NCBI RefSeq assembly: GCF_009914755.1
Contig: NC_060939.1
Length of the DNA: 64,000 nucleotides
Direction: 5' to 3' (one strand)
From: the human T2T-CHM13v2.0 reference genome, Homo sapiens
Shown: positions 16,916 to 29,565 of the stretch, in pieces
How positions within the stretch are numbered: position 1 is the first letter of the stretch
How the letters are laid out: each line of letters starts with the position of its first letter
Notes under the pieces: model-generated
Seen by the model: only the letters and a program-made list of their open reading frames with translations
Told to the model about the DNA's origin: nothing
Databases searched by the model: none
Position numbers and translations under genes: made by a program

Positions 16916-18769
16916 GTTGCAGGAGTGAGTATCATAGGATCTCAAACTCCTGTTCTTAAGCAATCCTTGCCTCAACCTCTTAAGTAGCTGAGACTATAGG
17001 TGCACCCCACAACGCCTAACTAATTTTGTTTTATTTTTAGTAGAGATTAGATTTTGCTATGTTTTCCAGGCTGTTCTCACACTCCCCACCTCAAGCGATT
17101 CTCCCAGCTTTGCCTGCAAAGTGCTTTGACTAGAGTCAAACCTCCACACCCAGCACCTATAATTTGATATTTTAAACAATACTATGTAGCGAAAGCAATT
17201 ACGAAGTTATCTAGGGAAAGAAAGCTCACTATCACAGTGTAAAATTGTATAGATATGATGCGGGCATGTGTGTATACATGCTTGCTTGTGTGCATAGGTG
17301 CGTGTTTTCTGAGAAATGGTACCTTATTGCTACCAGGCTAGGATAGCATTCATGTTCTTCTGAAGATGTCAAATATTGAAGCTCCAGGATTCATAGAACA
17401 AGATTCCTAAGTGGTTCACGAGAGGGTGAACGATTGAGTAATGGGTATTTTGGAAGAAACAACTGGCCTAGGGACAAGAATAAGTGTGCAAATCATCTGT
17501 GTGAAACACGCTTTCTTCGGAGCACGCATTTCATGCACTTCATTCTACTGTGACAGATATTGCTACTCTGAGTTTGGGAGAGATTGAACCTAGGGTCTAC
17601 TGTGAAACTCTGTAGACTAGACTTCTGTCTGAGGCAGCCCCTGCCTGTAACCGTAACCTGCGCCAAACTCCAATGGAGCATTCTTCTCAATGGATAAATG
17701 GAAATTCCGGATGATCCGATGGGCAGAGAGTGCGACTGTTTTTTTCAGGAGCTCTGGTTGAATGGTTTTGGGGACTTTCTGGGAGGATGCTCTGCACCCA
17801 GAAAAGTAGTCCAACGGGAATCATGAGAAAATGGGCGACTCCGTGTGCCTCCGTCCCCTCCTACTTCCTCACCCACCCCTCCATCAGGGATCCCACGTAT
17901 TCCAGGATGACACGTGTTTTAGTTGTCTTTGGGCGACAACTAGCGGCAACCGTTATTGAAAATGTAAGCTGTAGAGAACAAAAAAACTCTGGTCGCCTGT
18001 TCACAGCTCACTCACTGCAACGTTGAATCCTGGGCTTAAGCAATCCTCCTGCCTCAGCTTCCTGAGTAGCTGGAAATATAGGCATGTGCCACAATGCTGG
18101 GCAATATTTTTAAGTAGTGGTAATCTCTCTCGATGTGTTGCCCAGGTTAGTCTCAAACTCCTGTCCTCTATCCAGCCTCCCACCTTGGTCTTCAGAAGTC
18201 CTGGGATTACAGGCTTGAGCCACTGTGCTCACTCCTATAATTTGATGTTTTCAACAATACTATGTAGTGAAATGCATCACGAAGACATTTTGCAAAAGAA
18301 AGCTCACTATCACATATAAAGTTGTATACTTGTCATGTGCTTACGTGAGCGCATGTTCTTGCCTGTCTGAATGTTTTCTGAGAACTGATCATCTTTTCCC
18401 CAGGGACACTGGTTGAAGAGCTGCGGGGATTGTCTGGGAGGGTGTCTCGGGCCCGGAAACGTAATCCAGGAGAGATCAGAAGACCGGCGACCCCATGGGC
18501 CTCCATCTCTTTCTCCTTCCTTGACAACCCCTAAACCAGTGACCCCACTCATTCCAGGCTGGAACGTCGTTCGGTTGTCATTTGGCGTCACCTAGCGGTC
18601 ACTGTTATTGAAAATGGAGGCATCACACCAAAACTTCTGGCCGCCCGCGCACAGCCAGGGAAAACTGGTTTCTCTCGGGCCCCACCCTGACCTCAGAGGC
18701 ACTCCTTCTGTCCCTCCCCCTATGCCTTGTTGCCTAGGAAACCTCCACCCTGGCTGGGAATGCTTATTT

Positions 18770-19070
<301 letters not shown>

Positions 19071-19158
19071 ATCATTTGTTTTTCTTTCTTCCTTTTTTTT
19101 TTTTTTTTTTTTTTTTAGTAAGCATGAACAGTTCTACCTGGGTTTTAAAAATTGTGTG

Positions 19159-19726
19159 TGTGAAAGAAAAATAAATCTTGAGGCTTCCAAATCACTAAAG
19201 TAAAGGGAAAAGTCAAGCTGGCAACTGTTTAGGGCCAACCTGCCATTCTATTCAAAGTCACTCCTCTGCTCTTTTCTCTTTTTTTTTTTCTTTTTTGAGA
19301 TGGAGTCTCGCTCAGATGCTCAAGCTGGAGCCCAGTGGAGCAATCTCGGCTCACTGCAACATTCGCCTCCTGGTTTCAAGCGATAAATGTATATTTGATT
19401 GCCTCCTTTGGAGAGGCTAATTAGAAACTCCAAAGAATGCAACCATTTGTCTCTTAACTACCTTTGACCAGGAAGTCCCCTCCTCACTTTCAGTCTTCCC
19501 GCGTTTGCTAATTTGTCCCGCCTTTGCAGACCGAACCAATGTTCATCTTCATACTTTGATTGATGTCTCATGTCTCCCTAGAATGTATAAAACGATAATG
19601 TTCTCTGTTTACCTTAGGCACATGTCCTCAGAACCTCCTGAGGCTGTCACGGGTATGCGTCCTGAACCTTGGTTACGTAAACTTTCTAAATTAACTGAGA
19701 CCTCTCTCAAGTTTTCAGGGTTCACA
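19159..19726 (+). mobile_element. MER4A/MER4A1-like ERV1 solo LTR, interrupted by an Alu fragment at about 19272-19384
   Basis: TG...CA termini (tgtgaaagaaaaataaatcttg ... gggttcaca); internal aaagggaaaagtcaagctgg and gattgcctcctttggagaggctaa match the remembered MER4A consensus. Confidence 0.75.
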
Positions 19727-20068
19727 ACGGAAAGTGCATTGTAGCTCCACCCTAGGGCTTACCATTAAGAAAAACTATCCTAAATCTCTGCAGATACAGT
19801 CAAACCGGTTGTATGTAAACTGTATGAAACTAAATGCACTTATTACAAGTAAATGAATAAATGCTGAGAAAAAAAATCATGAACCGCTCACCTTTCAAAG
19901 AAGCAATAATACTATGAATTATGTGTAATTTCCAGAGTCAGCTAGTTTCAAAATTGTCCCCACTAAACTTGGAAAGGTTCCAGAGTGAGCTATTGTGTCT
20001 CCAGCCTTTGCTCCTCCCCCTTCTTTCCCCTGCGCCCTCCCCTCAACCTTTGCCGGCAATCACATTCT

Positions 20069-21037
20069 CTGATTCTGCAAAAGCAGGTGGGAGCCCTAGA
20101 GAGAGTTCTCGTTTTTTTTTTTTTTTTTTTTTCTTTTTTGAGATGGAGTCTCGCTTAGAGGCTCAGGATGGAGCCCAATGGAGCAATCTCGGCTCACTGC
20201 AACATCCGCTTCCTGGTTTCAGGCGATTCTACTGCCTCAGCCTACCGAGGAGCTGGGTTAACAGGCACCCGTTATTATGCCCAGCTAATTTTTGTATTTT
20301 CATAGAGACAGGGTTTAACCATGTTGGCCACGCTGGACTCGAACTCCTGCCATCAGGTGATCCGTCAGCCTCAGCCTTTCAATGTGCCGGGATTACAGGC
20401 GTGAGCCACTGTGGCCAGCGAGTTCTCTTTTCTTTGTGAAGGGCAAGGCAAAGTGGAATGGATTCATCTAAAAGCGGAGTGCATGCCCTGGAAAACATCA
20501 TGGTTAGACCCATGTGAGACAGGTTAGTTTTACTGCGTGTGTTCTCCATGTGTTGTTGCCCATGTGTTGCTACCATGGTAATCCTGCTGAGTATGAGAGG
20601 AATCAAAGTTTCACACATTTGGTGTATGTGCTTGACTGAGGAACCAATGGGGTGAAGCTACCATCTGTGGGATTATGACTGAACGCCTCTAAATCAGAAT
20701 CCCGCCCAGAAGAAAGGATGCAGCAGCGCTGGCAAGACTCGGTTGGCCTCAGATAGCCAGTCCCCAGCCTTTGCCACCGGCCGGACGCTCCGCCCCGCTG
20801 TGCGCCAAGACCTTGCTCCGGTCTTATCATCCTAAAAAATGGGGTGCGGCCCCCCATCCTAAAAAACGGGGTGCGGCCAGAAAGGCGTTTGCTCCCTGGC
20901 CCGTCACATAACATGCTTATGGGGAATCTGATACTAAACTATTGGTAAACGCCCTGCTTCTGGGTCAGGGTTTCCTATGGAGCAGAGCAACTCCCTCACT
21001 GCAACCTATTGAAAGTCAGCCCTCCACACAAGGGGCT
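20069..21037 (+). pseudogene. Diverged 28S rRNA pseudogene: two joined fragments, Alu-interrupted
   Basis: 20069-20110 plus 20420-20505 align to 28S 40677-40797 of this window; 20502-21037 aligns to 28S 42626-43166 (e.g. gaagctaccatctgtgggattatgactgaacgcctctaa is identical). Confidence 0.95.
20112..20419 (-). mobile_element. Alu inserted into the 28S pseudogene
   Basis: Flanked by duplicated gagttctc(g/t)ttt at about 20103 and 20420. Confidence 0.9.
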
Positions 21038-21960
21038 CTCAACCAGTGTGCGGGAAAACTAGCGTTGTGGCGTGTCCTGTATAATTCAGCCCTGGACCTC
21101 TACCTTCCTTCTTTCCTCCTTTTGCCCCCGGGGACTTAGTTCCCGGGCCTGCTCAGGCCCCCCGCCCCGGAGCCCCAGGGCATGCAGGGCTGTCTCTCGC
21201 GAGATAACATTGGCGTCGGCCGTGCATTTGGGAGGGGTCGTTCCCCAACAGCAGGCTTTCCAAGATGCAGCGCTGGGGGTTGCGAGGTAGGGTTGGCGCC
21301 CCTGCTCGATGTTCCACCTCTCTGATTGAGCTTCTTTCTCCCATCCCGCTGGGAATTCCTCCACGAGTTGGGACCGGATTCTTCGAGCCTCGTGCGAATG
21401 GCTGAGGCGCGGGTGTCAGAGGTTTTGCCCCTGCAGTCCCTGCCTGAGTAGTGTTCGCGCGATGCCCGTGGGTGGCTGTTGGGGTCACAGTCCCTCTCCC
21501 CGCCTCAGGGGTGCTGGGATGAAAGACTAGCTAGTCACTACCCTTGTGTCTTTACTCCTCTTCTCTGTCCGGGTCAACCAGCGGACTGCGGGGAAATGGC
21601 TGGCAGGTCTGCCAAGTTAGACGGCCTCAAACCTGGGCCGGTTCTGTGTGATAAGGTTCCAACTGCGTCTGATCGCTTCCCTCCGCGAGCACCACATTTG
21701 GTCTTTAGGGTGGACCCTGTCGATTAGATGCTGGCCTTTGGCTTCCCGATCAGCCCGCGAATCAGCCGACTGCGGGAAGCAAGCAACATCCAGTTGACAC
21801 GGCCGCGGGCTTCTCTGTCTGGAAGACCTGGGACCAGGGCCTAAGGCCCCAGTCCTCAGGTCTCTGGTCGCCGTGCCCACCTGATGTCCGCGGCAAGCGT
21901 TGGACTTGACCGTCAACTTGGGATTTCTAAGGTAGACCAGATAACTTTGGTCAGCAGCAG
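21038..21960 (+). pseudogene. Degenerate 3'ETS and Sal-box terminator region
   Basis: gggtcaaccagcggactgcg (21571) vs gggtcgaccagcagaccgcg (43551); further decayed boxes near 21708 and 21930. Confidence 0.75.
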
Positions 21961-22139
21961 TACCGCCCGCATTCACTAGGTGTCGCTTTTTCCTTGCGTT
22001 GTTTCTTCCTCTCCAACTGTTTCCACAGTACTTTCAGTTTCTCTTCGTTTTGTTTTTCTTTTATTTTTCTTGCTCCTCTTTCTACACACTGAAGTTGCTG
22101 TTGTTTTACATTTACCTTTTATTTATTTGTAGTTTTTGA

Positions 22140-25100
22140 GGCAGGTTGGAGTGTAAGAATGCAATCTCGGCTTACAGCCGCCTCGACTTTCCAGGACTCC
22201 CTCAGGTGATCTTCCTATCTCAGCCTTCCAAGTGGCTGAGACTACAGGAATCACTTAATTCTGTGATGTCGAAGCTGAAGTGAGCCGTGATGATGCCTTG
22301 CCCTCCAGTCTGAGTGTTTCAGAAGGTAAGAGAGACAGGTTAAAGAAAAAAATTCCTTGAAATAAACTGCAATTAACTGTGATCTAAATTACCTTTTATA
22401 GTTTTTCACTCCCACGAGTTTGTTTATTATTATTGCTGCTTATTATTTCTTTGTATTATTGTTTGTCATTATTGTTATTGTTTTTATTATTTATGTAATT
22501 ATTTAGAGATGGAGTCTTCCTCTATCACCCAGAGTGCAGTGCAGTGGCGCGACTTTGGGTCACTGCAGCTTCAAATGCCTGGGTTCAAATTCGCAATATG
22601 GCGAAACACCCTGTTTACTAAAATCTGTCAATGACACCTTCAGGACCGTTGGTTGTGGCGGCTGCAATTTCGGAGGCTGAGGAGGGCAGTTCGCTAGAGC
22701 TCGGGAGTTCAAGACAGCCTCGGAAACAGACTGCAGAGCATTTGTCTGACCAAGACCCGCTGCAGCCTCCACCTCCCGACCCCAAGCGATGTTCTCAACT
22801 CAGGCTCCAAAGGATCTGGGACCACAGGCGCCTGCCATCATAATGCCCGGATTTTTTTCTTTTCTTTTCTTTTTCAGTAGAGACGGGGTCTCACTGTGTT
22901 GCCAGGGCTGGTCTCAAAGTCCTAGGCTCTAGCAATTCTTCCAACTCAGCCTCCCAAAGTGCTGGGATTATAGGTGTGAGCCACAATGCCCTGCCCTCTT
23001 TTTTATTTCCTTCATTTTTTCTCTTTTTTTCTTTCTCTTTCTTTCTGTCTTTTCTTTTTCTTCTCTCTTTTTCTTCCTCCCTTTTTTCTCTCATTTCTCA
23101 TTCTTTTTTTTTCTGTTTCTATGTCTTTTGGTTTTCTTTTTCATCTTTCTTCCCTTTACATCTCTGTCTGTCTATTTTCTTTTTCTTGATCTTCCTTACT
23201 CTCTCTCTCTTTTCTTCATTTCTTTCTTTCCATCCCTCTGTCTGTCTGTCTTTGTGTGGATTTTGGAAAATTCTCCTTATTCTGTATCTCCCTGTGTATC
23301 ACAAGCCTCTGTGACTTTCACTTTGTTGTTTTTCCTCCTTGTCGCGTAAAAGGCATTCACTGCTCTTTTATTTTGGTGCTCTGTGGATGTTCGAAGGGTG
23401 GGGAAAAAGTGGTCCACGAATGTGATTGGTTTCATGAGAGACACGAGAGACAAAAGAACATATGATGATTACTTCGCTAAATGCCCTGTTTATTCTTTCA
23501 ACTGCACTCATACAAGTAAGGACGCAGTTGGTGGGTTGAGAGATCTCTGTGTAGTCATGACTCTGCAATTATACTTGACGAGAGCGGTGATGATGAACGG
23601 GCGGCATGGAAACCTGCCCTTCTTTGGTGTCAGTTGAGCACAGTGAGAAGAGATTCACAATGGCCTGTATCTCAACCTGATGGTACTGTGTTTCTGCTCT
23701 GATCTTTAGGAATGAGAGAAGCATTCCCGTGCATTCCTGCAACGTCCTTGAAGTTTTCTTTTTAAACTTTTCGATTAACTAACGTATTTATTAATTTATT
23801 TGAGATGGAGTCTTGTTCTGTTGGTCAGGCCATGGCGCAGTATCGGGCCACTGCAACCTCCGCCTCCCAGGTTCCAGCGATTCTCTTGCCTTAGCCTCTC
23901 GAGTAGCTGGGATAACAGGCACGTGCCACCATACCCAGCTAACTTTTACCTTTTTAGTAAAGACAGGGTTTTCCCATGTTGCCCAGGCTGGTCTTGAACT
24001 CCAACTTCCAGGAATCCTGTGGCCTCGTCCTCCCAAAGTGCTGGGAGATCCCAGGTCATCAGACTCGAGAAAGAATGTTGGTTGATATAGAAAGGCGAGA
24101 CACACTGCGCCCGACCCAAATTGCTATTTTTAAAAATAAACCAGTAGGCTGGGTGCAGTGGGCCACTCCTCTCATCTCAGCAGTTTGCTAGGCGGATGTG
24201 GGAGGATTACGAGGTCAGGAGTTTGAGACCAGCCTGGCCAACATAGTCAAACTCTGTCTGTATGAAGAATACAAAAATTAACCAGGTGTGGTGTCACACA
24301 CCTCTACTCCCAGCTACTCTATATGCTGAGGTAGTAGAATCTGTTGAAGCCGGGAGATGGAGATTGCAGTCAGCCCAGATCATGCCACTGGACTCCAGCT
24401 TGGGTGACAGAGTCAGATTCCATCTAAAAAAAAAAAAAGTAATTAAAAATAAGTGAGTTTCCAAGAAGAAATAGAAACCCGCAGTGACACAAACATATGC
24501 ATCTCACCTTTCGAGGCAGCAATGACACTACAAACTTGTAAACTCAGTTCATTTCTTGACTGCGGACCATGGGTATTTGTGATGCTTCCTCTTGGAACAT
24601 AGTTCTGTGTGACACCATACCCAGCTAACATTTGCCTTTTTAGTAGTCAGAATTTTGCTATATTGCCCAGACTGCTCTTGAACTCATGAACTCCAGGTAT
24701 CCGCCCGCCCAAAAAAAAGAGTTGTGATGAAAGGAGACACACAGATGGATTTCAGCCCTTAAAATGGTGCATGCTGCCACATTTCACAGATCTTCCCTGG
24801 GCCTTACTGGTATTTGCCCAACATAGAAATGCTTTCTAAAAAGTGACAATTTGCTTACATAATATTTCCACAAGCGATGCCTTGGTCTGTGTTTGTTTTT
24901 ACGTTTTGTTTTGTTTGTAGTTTTTACTTTACTTATCTCTTTTCAGTTGAAGTAGATTTTACCAATTTTAGGAAGATGTGTATTTTCCCCAAAACCTGTT
25001 AGCTGGTGTTTTCTTCGGTCATTAAGTAGCGATTTTCGGAATCTCTCAAGGTACAGTGAGAGCCGATTGGTATAAACTATACTTCATAAAATCTTCTTTC

Positions 25101-26443
25101 CTTTTCATTTTTTTTTTTTTTTTTTTTGTCTTTCAGGTGGAGTTTCGCTCTTATTGCCCAGGCTGGAGTTCAGTGGCGTGACCTCAGCTCACCGCAACCT
25201 CTGCCGCCTGTGTTCAAGAGATTTTCCAGTCTTCACCCTTTCGAGTAGCTGAAACCACAGGCAAACACCTCCAGGCCTGGCTAATTTTTTTTTTTTCATA
25301 GAGACTAGGTAGCTCCATAATGGTCAGGCTGGTCTAGAACACCCAACCTGAGGCGTACCACCCAACTTGACCACCCAAAGTGCTGAGATTAAAGGCGTGA
25401 GCTCCGCGTCTGGCCATAACATCTTATCCTATAGAAGCCCAGAGAGGTTAGGTATGTAGTCCCTGAGACCAGCCTTCCTTGGATGAACTCCAAAGTGATG
25501 GCTGAGGATTAGGGAGTGTGGGGTGGGGGCTGGAAAGTCGGTCCCCTATTGTTGCTACCTAGGCCATGACATCCCCATACTCCCATCGCCTGCTCACCGT
25601 TTGAGATTCCCCCCCACCACCGCCTTGGTGGCTGAACTCTTACTTTAATTTCTGTCTTTCTTCGTTTGTTGGGTTTCAGGAGGGGGTGCAGGAAAGACGG
25701 TGTGCGTGGGGAGGGGGTGTAGGGTGGGGATGGAGGGGAGCGTCCTAAGGGTCGATGTAGTGTCATGCCTCTTTCATCACCACCACCGAAGATGAAACAA
25801 TAATCATCTAAATACCGCGTGTTCTCACACATAAGTGGGAACTACATAATGAGAATGCATGCGAAGAACTAGGGGGACGAGAGACGCAGGAGCCTACCTG
25901 AGGGAGGACGTGTGGAAGGACAGACAGCTTCAGGACAAAGCAAAACGAGCAGAACACAAAAACTGTAGGGGACTGCGCTGAGAATCCGGGTGAGGAAATC
26001 ATCGGCACACTGAACCCCCTACTCAGAAGTTTACCTATGAAACAATCTTGCACATGTATGCTTCAAAAACAAATAACAGTTAGGGAAGAAAGAGAGAGAG
26101 AGAGAAAGAGAGAGAGACAAGTAAAATAAAGCACCACCTCCTTGACCTGACTCAGGGCGTTTGGGGTCTTCTGGGGAAATGTTCTGAAACAATGGAGTAT
26201 TTTGGTCTGTTCTTTCTTGTGTCTTTTTTTTTTTTTTTAAGACGGACTCTCGCTCAGCCACCCAGGCTGGAATGCAGTGGTGCACTGGCTTCACTGCAGC
26301 AAATATCTCCCGGGTTGAAGCGATTCTCCAGTCTCATCCTCCTGAGTGGCCGGGATTACAGTCACGCGCCATAATGCCCTGCTAATTTTTGAACATTAGT
26401 AGAGAAGGGGTATTGCCATGCTTGCGACGCTGGACTTGAAGGC
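22140..26443 (+). other. Mosaic of diverged rDNA-IGS paralogous fragments and Alus (Alus at about 23795-24050 -, 24147-24440 +, 25105-25415 -, 26224-26440 -)
   Basis: Internal matches to 44770-44985, 28915-28975, 26477-26585, 50145-50185, 58418-58700 and 49106-50075. Confidence 0.8.
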
Positions 26444-26891
26444 AAAATGAAAATGAAAATGAAACGCAACAAAATAATTAAAAAGTGAGTTTCTGGGGAA
26501 AAAGAAGAAAAGAAAAAAGAAAAAAACAACAAAACAGAACAACCCCACCGTGACGTACACATACGCCTCTCGCCTTTCGAGGCCTCAAACACGTTAGGAA
26601 TTATGCGTGATTTCTTTTTTTAACTTCATTTTATGTTATTATCGTGATTGATGTTTCGAGACGGAGTCTCGGAGGCCCGCCCTCCCTGGTTGCCCAGACA
26701 ACCCCGGGAGACAGACCCTGGCTGGGCCCGATTGTTCTTCTCCTTGGTCAGGGGTTTCCTTGTCTTTCTTCGTGTCTTTAACCCGCGTGGACTCTTCCGC
26801 TCGGGTTTGACAGATGGCAGCTCCACTTTAGGCCTTGTTGTTGTTGGGGACTTTCCTGATTCTCCCCAGATGTAGTGAAAGCAGGTAGATT

Positions 26892-26921
26892 TGCCTTGCC
26901 TGGCCTTGCCTGGCCTTGCCT
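26892..26921 (+). promoter_or_regulatory. RGC (ribosomal gene cluster) p53-binding element region
   Basis: tgccttgcct ggccttgcct ggccttgcct ttt: TGCCT-repeat decamers resembling RRRCWWGYYY. Confidence 0.7.
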
Positions 26922-26974
26922 TTTCTTTCTTTCTTTCTTTCTTTATTACTTTCTCTTTTTCTTCTTCTTCTTCT

Positions 26975-27267
26975 TCTTTTTTTTGAGACAGAGTTTCACT
27001 CTTGTTGCCCAGGCTAGAGGGCAATGGCGCGATCTCGGCTCACCGCACCCTCCGCCTCCCAGGTTCAAGCGATTCTCCTGCCTCAGCCTCCTGATTAGCT
27101 GGGATTACAGGCATGGGCCACCGTGCCTGGCTGATGTTTGTACTTTTAGTAGAGACGGTGTTTTTCCATGTTGGTCAGGCTGGTCTCCCACTCCCAACCT
27201 CAGGTGGTCCGCCTGCCTTAGCCTCCCAAAGTGCTGGGATGACAGGCGTGAGCCACCGCGCCCAGCC
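26975..27267 (-). mobile_element. Alu (IGS, upstream of promoter)
   Basis: Full antisense Alu body, CpG-rich. Confidence 0.9.
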
Positions 27268-27890
27268 TCTCTCTCTCTCTCTCTCTCTCTCTCGCTCGCT
27301 TGCTTGCTTTCGTGCTTTCTTGCTTTCCCGTTTTCTTGCTTTCTTTCTTTCTTTCGTTTCTTTCTTGCTTGCTTTCTTGCTTGCTTGCTTGCTTTCGTGC
27401 TTTCTTGCTTTCCTGTTTTCTTTCTTTCTTTCTTTCTTTTGTTTCTTTCTTGCTTGCTTTCTTGCTTGCTTGCTTTCGTGCTTTCTTGTTTTCTCGCTTT
27501 CTTTCTTTCTTTTGTTTCTTTCCTGCTTGCTTTCTTGCTTGATTGCTTTCGTGCTTTCTTGCTTTCTTGTTTTCTTTCTTTCTTTTGTTTCTTTCTTTCT
27601 TGCTTCCTTGTTTTCTTGCTTTCTTGCTTGCTTGCTTTCGTGCTTTCTTGTTTTCTTGCTTTCTTTCTTTTGTTTCTTTCTTGCTTGCTTTCTTGCTTCC
27701 TTGTTTTCTTGCTTTCTTGCTTGCTTGCTTTCGTGCTTTCTTGCTTTCTTTTCTTTCTTTCTTTTCTTTTTCTTTCTTTCTTTCTTTCTTGCTTTCTTTT
27801 CTTTCATTCATTCCTTCTTTCTTTTCTTTCTTCCTTCCTTCCTTCCTTCCTTCCTTCCTTCCTTTCTTTCTTTCTTTCTTTCTGTTTCGT
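27268..27890. repeat. Compound (CT)/(GCTT)/(CTTT)/(CCTT) repeat with a ~75-93 bp unit
   Basis: gctttcgtgctttcttg recurs at about 27306, 27391, 27472, 27545, 27634 and 27727. Confidence 0.9.
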
Positions 27891-27892
27891 CC

Positions 27893-28187
<295 letters not shown>

Positions 28188-29262
28188 GTTGACTCATTTC
28201 GCTTTTTTATTTCTTTCGTTTCCACGCGTTTACTTATATGTATTAATGTAAACGTTTCTGTACGCTTATATGCAAACAACGACAACGTGTATCTCTGCAT
28301 TGAATACTCTTGCGTATGGTAAATACGTATCGGTTGTATGGAAATAGACTTCTGTATGATAGATGTAGGTGTTTGTGTCATACAAATAAATACACATCGC
28401 TCTATAAAGAAGGGATCGTCGATAAAGACGTTTATTTTACGTATGAAAAGCGTCGTATGTATGTGTGTAAATGAACGAGCGTACGTAGTTATCTCTGTTT
28501 TCTTTCTTCCTCTCCTTCGTGTTTTTCTTCCTTCCTTTCTTCCTTTCTCTCCTTCTTTAGGTTTTTCTTCCTCTCTTCCTTTCCTTCTTTCTCTCTTTCT
28601 GTCCTTTTTTCCTTCGTGCTTTATTTCTCTTTCGTTCCCTGTGTTTCCTTCTTTTTTCTTTCCTCTCTGTTTCTTTTTCCCTTCTTTCCTTCGTTTCTTT
28701 CCTCATTCTTTCTCTCTTTTTCGTGTTTCTTTCCTTTCCGTCTGTCTTTTAAAAAATGGAGTGTTTCAGAAGTTTACTTTGTGTATCTACGTTTTCTAAA
28801 TTGTCTCTCTTTTCTCCATTTTCTTCCTCCCTCCCTCCCTCCCTCCCTCCCTGCTCCCTTCCCTCCCTCCTTCCCTTTCGCCATCTGTCTCTTTTCCCCA
28901 CTCCCCTCCCCCCGTCTGTCTCTGCGTGGATTCCGGAAGAGCCTACGCATTCTGCCTCTCCGTGTGTCTGCAGCGACCCGCGACCGAGTCCTTGTGTGTT
29001 CTTTCTCCCTCCCTCCCTCCCTCCCTCCCTCCCTCCCTGCTTCCGAGAGGCATCTCCAAACACCCACGCGCCGTGGGTTGTCTTCTGACTCTGTCGCGGT
29101 CGAGGCAGAGACGCGTTTTGGGCACCGTTTGTGTGGGGTTGGGGCAGAGGGGCTGCGTTTTCGGCCTCGGGAAGAGCTTCTCGACTCACGGTTTCGCTTT
29201 CGCGGTCCACGGGCCGCCCTGCCAGCCGGATCTGTCTCGCTGACGTCCGCGGCGGTTGTCGG

Positions 29263-29280
29263 GCTCCATCTGGCGGCCGC
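29263..29280 (-). promoter_or_regulatory. CTCF motif upstream of the spacer promoter
   Basis: Minus strand GCGGCCGCCAGATGGAGC fits the CCRSYAGRKGGCR core; CTCF is known to bind about 0.9 kb upstream of the human rDNA TSS. Confidence 0.65.
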
Positions 29281-29473
29281 TTTGAGATCGTGCTCTCGGC
29301 TTCCGGAGCTGCGGTGGCAGCTGCCGAGGGAGGGGACCGTCCCCGCTGTGAGCTAGGCAGAGCTCCGGAAAGCCCGCGGTCGTCAGCCCGGCTGGCCCGG
29401 TGGCGCCAGAGCTGTGGCGCGTCGCTTGTGAGTCACAGCTCTGGCGTGCAGGTTTATGTGGGGGAGAGGCTGT

Positions 29474-29565
29474 CGCTGCGCTTCTGGGCCCGCGGCGGGC
29501 GTGGGGCTGCCCGGGCCGGTCGACCAGCGCGCCGTAGCTCCCGAGGCCCGAGCCGCGACCCGCGG
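29474..29565 (+). ncRNA. MIR6724: Annotated MIR6724 hairpin in the spacer-promoter region
   Basis: Mature ctgggcccgcggcgggcgtgggg at 29484-29506; status as a bona fide miRNA is doubtful. Confidence 0.7.
29518..29527 (+). terminator. Spacer Sal box (Tsp-like TTF-I site)
   Basis: ggtcgaccag about 645 bp upstream of the TSS. Confidence 0.7.

Noticed and set aside
17340-17750. Possible exon or small-RNA gene in the extra segment of the duplication
   Set aside because: No recognisable protein, box C/D or H/ACA signature by eye; needs a database search.
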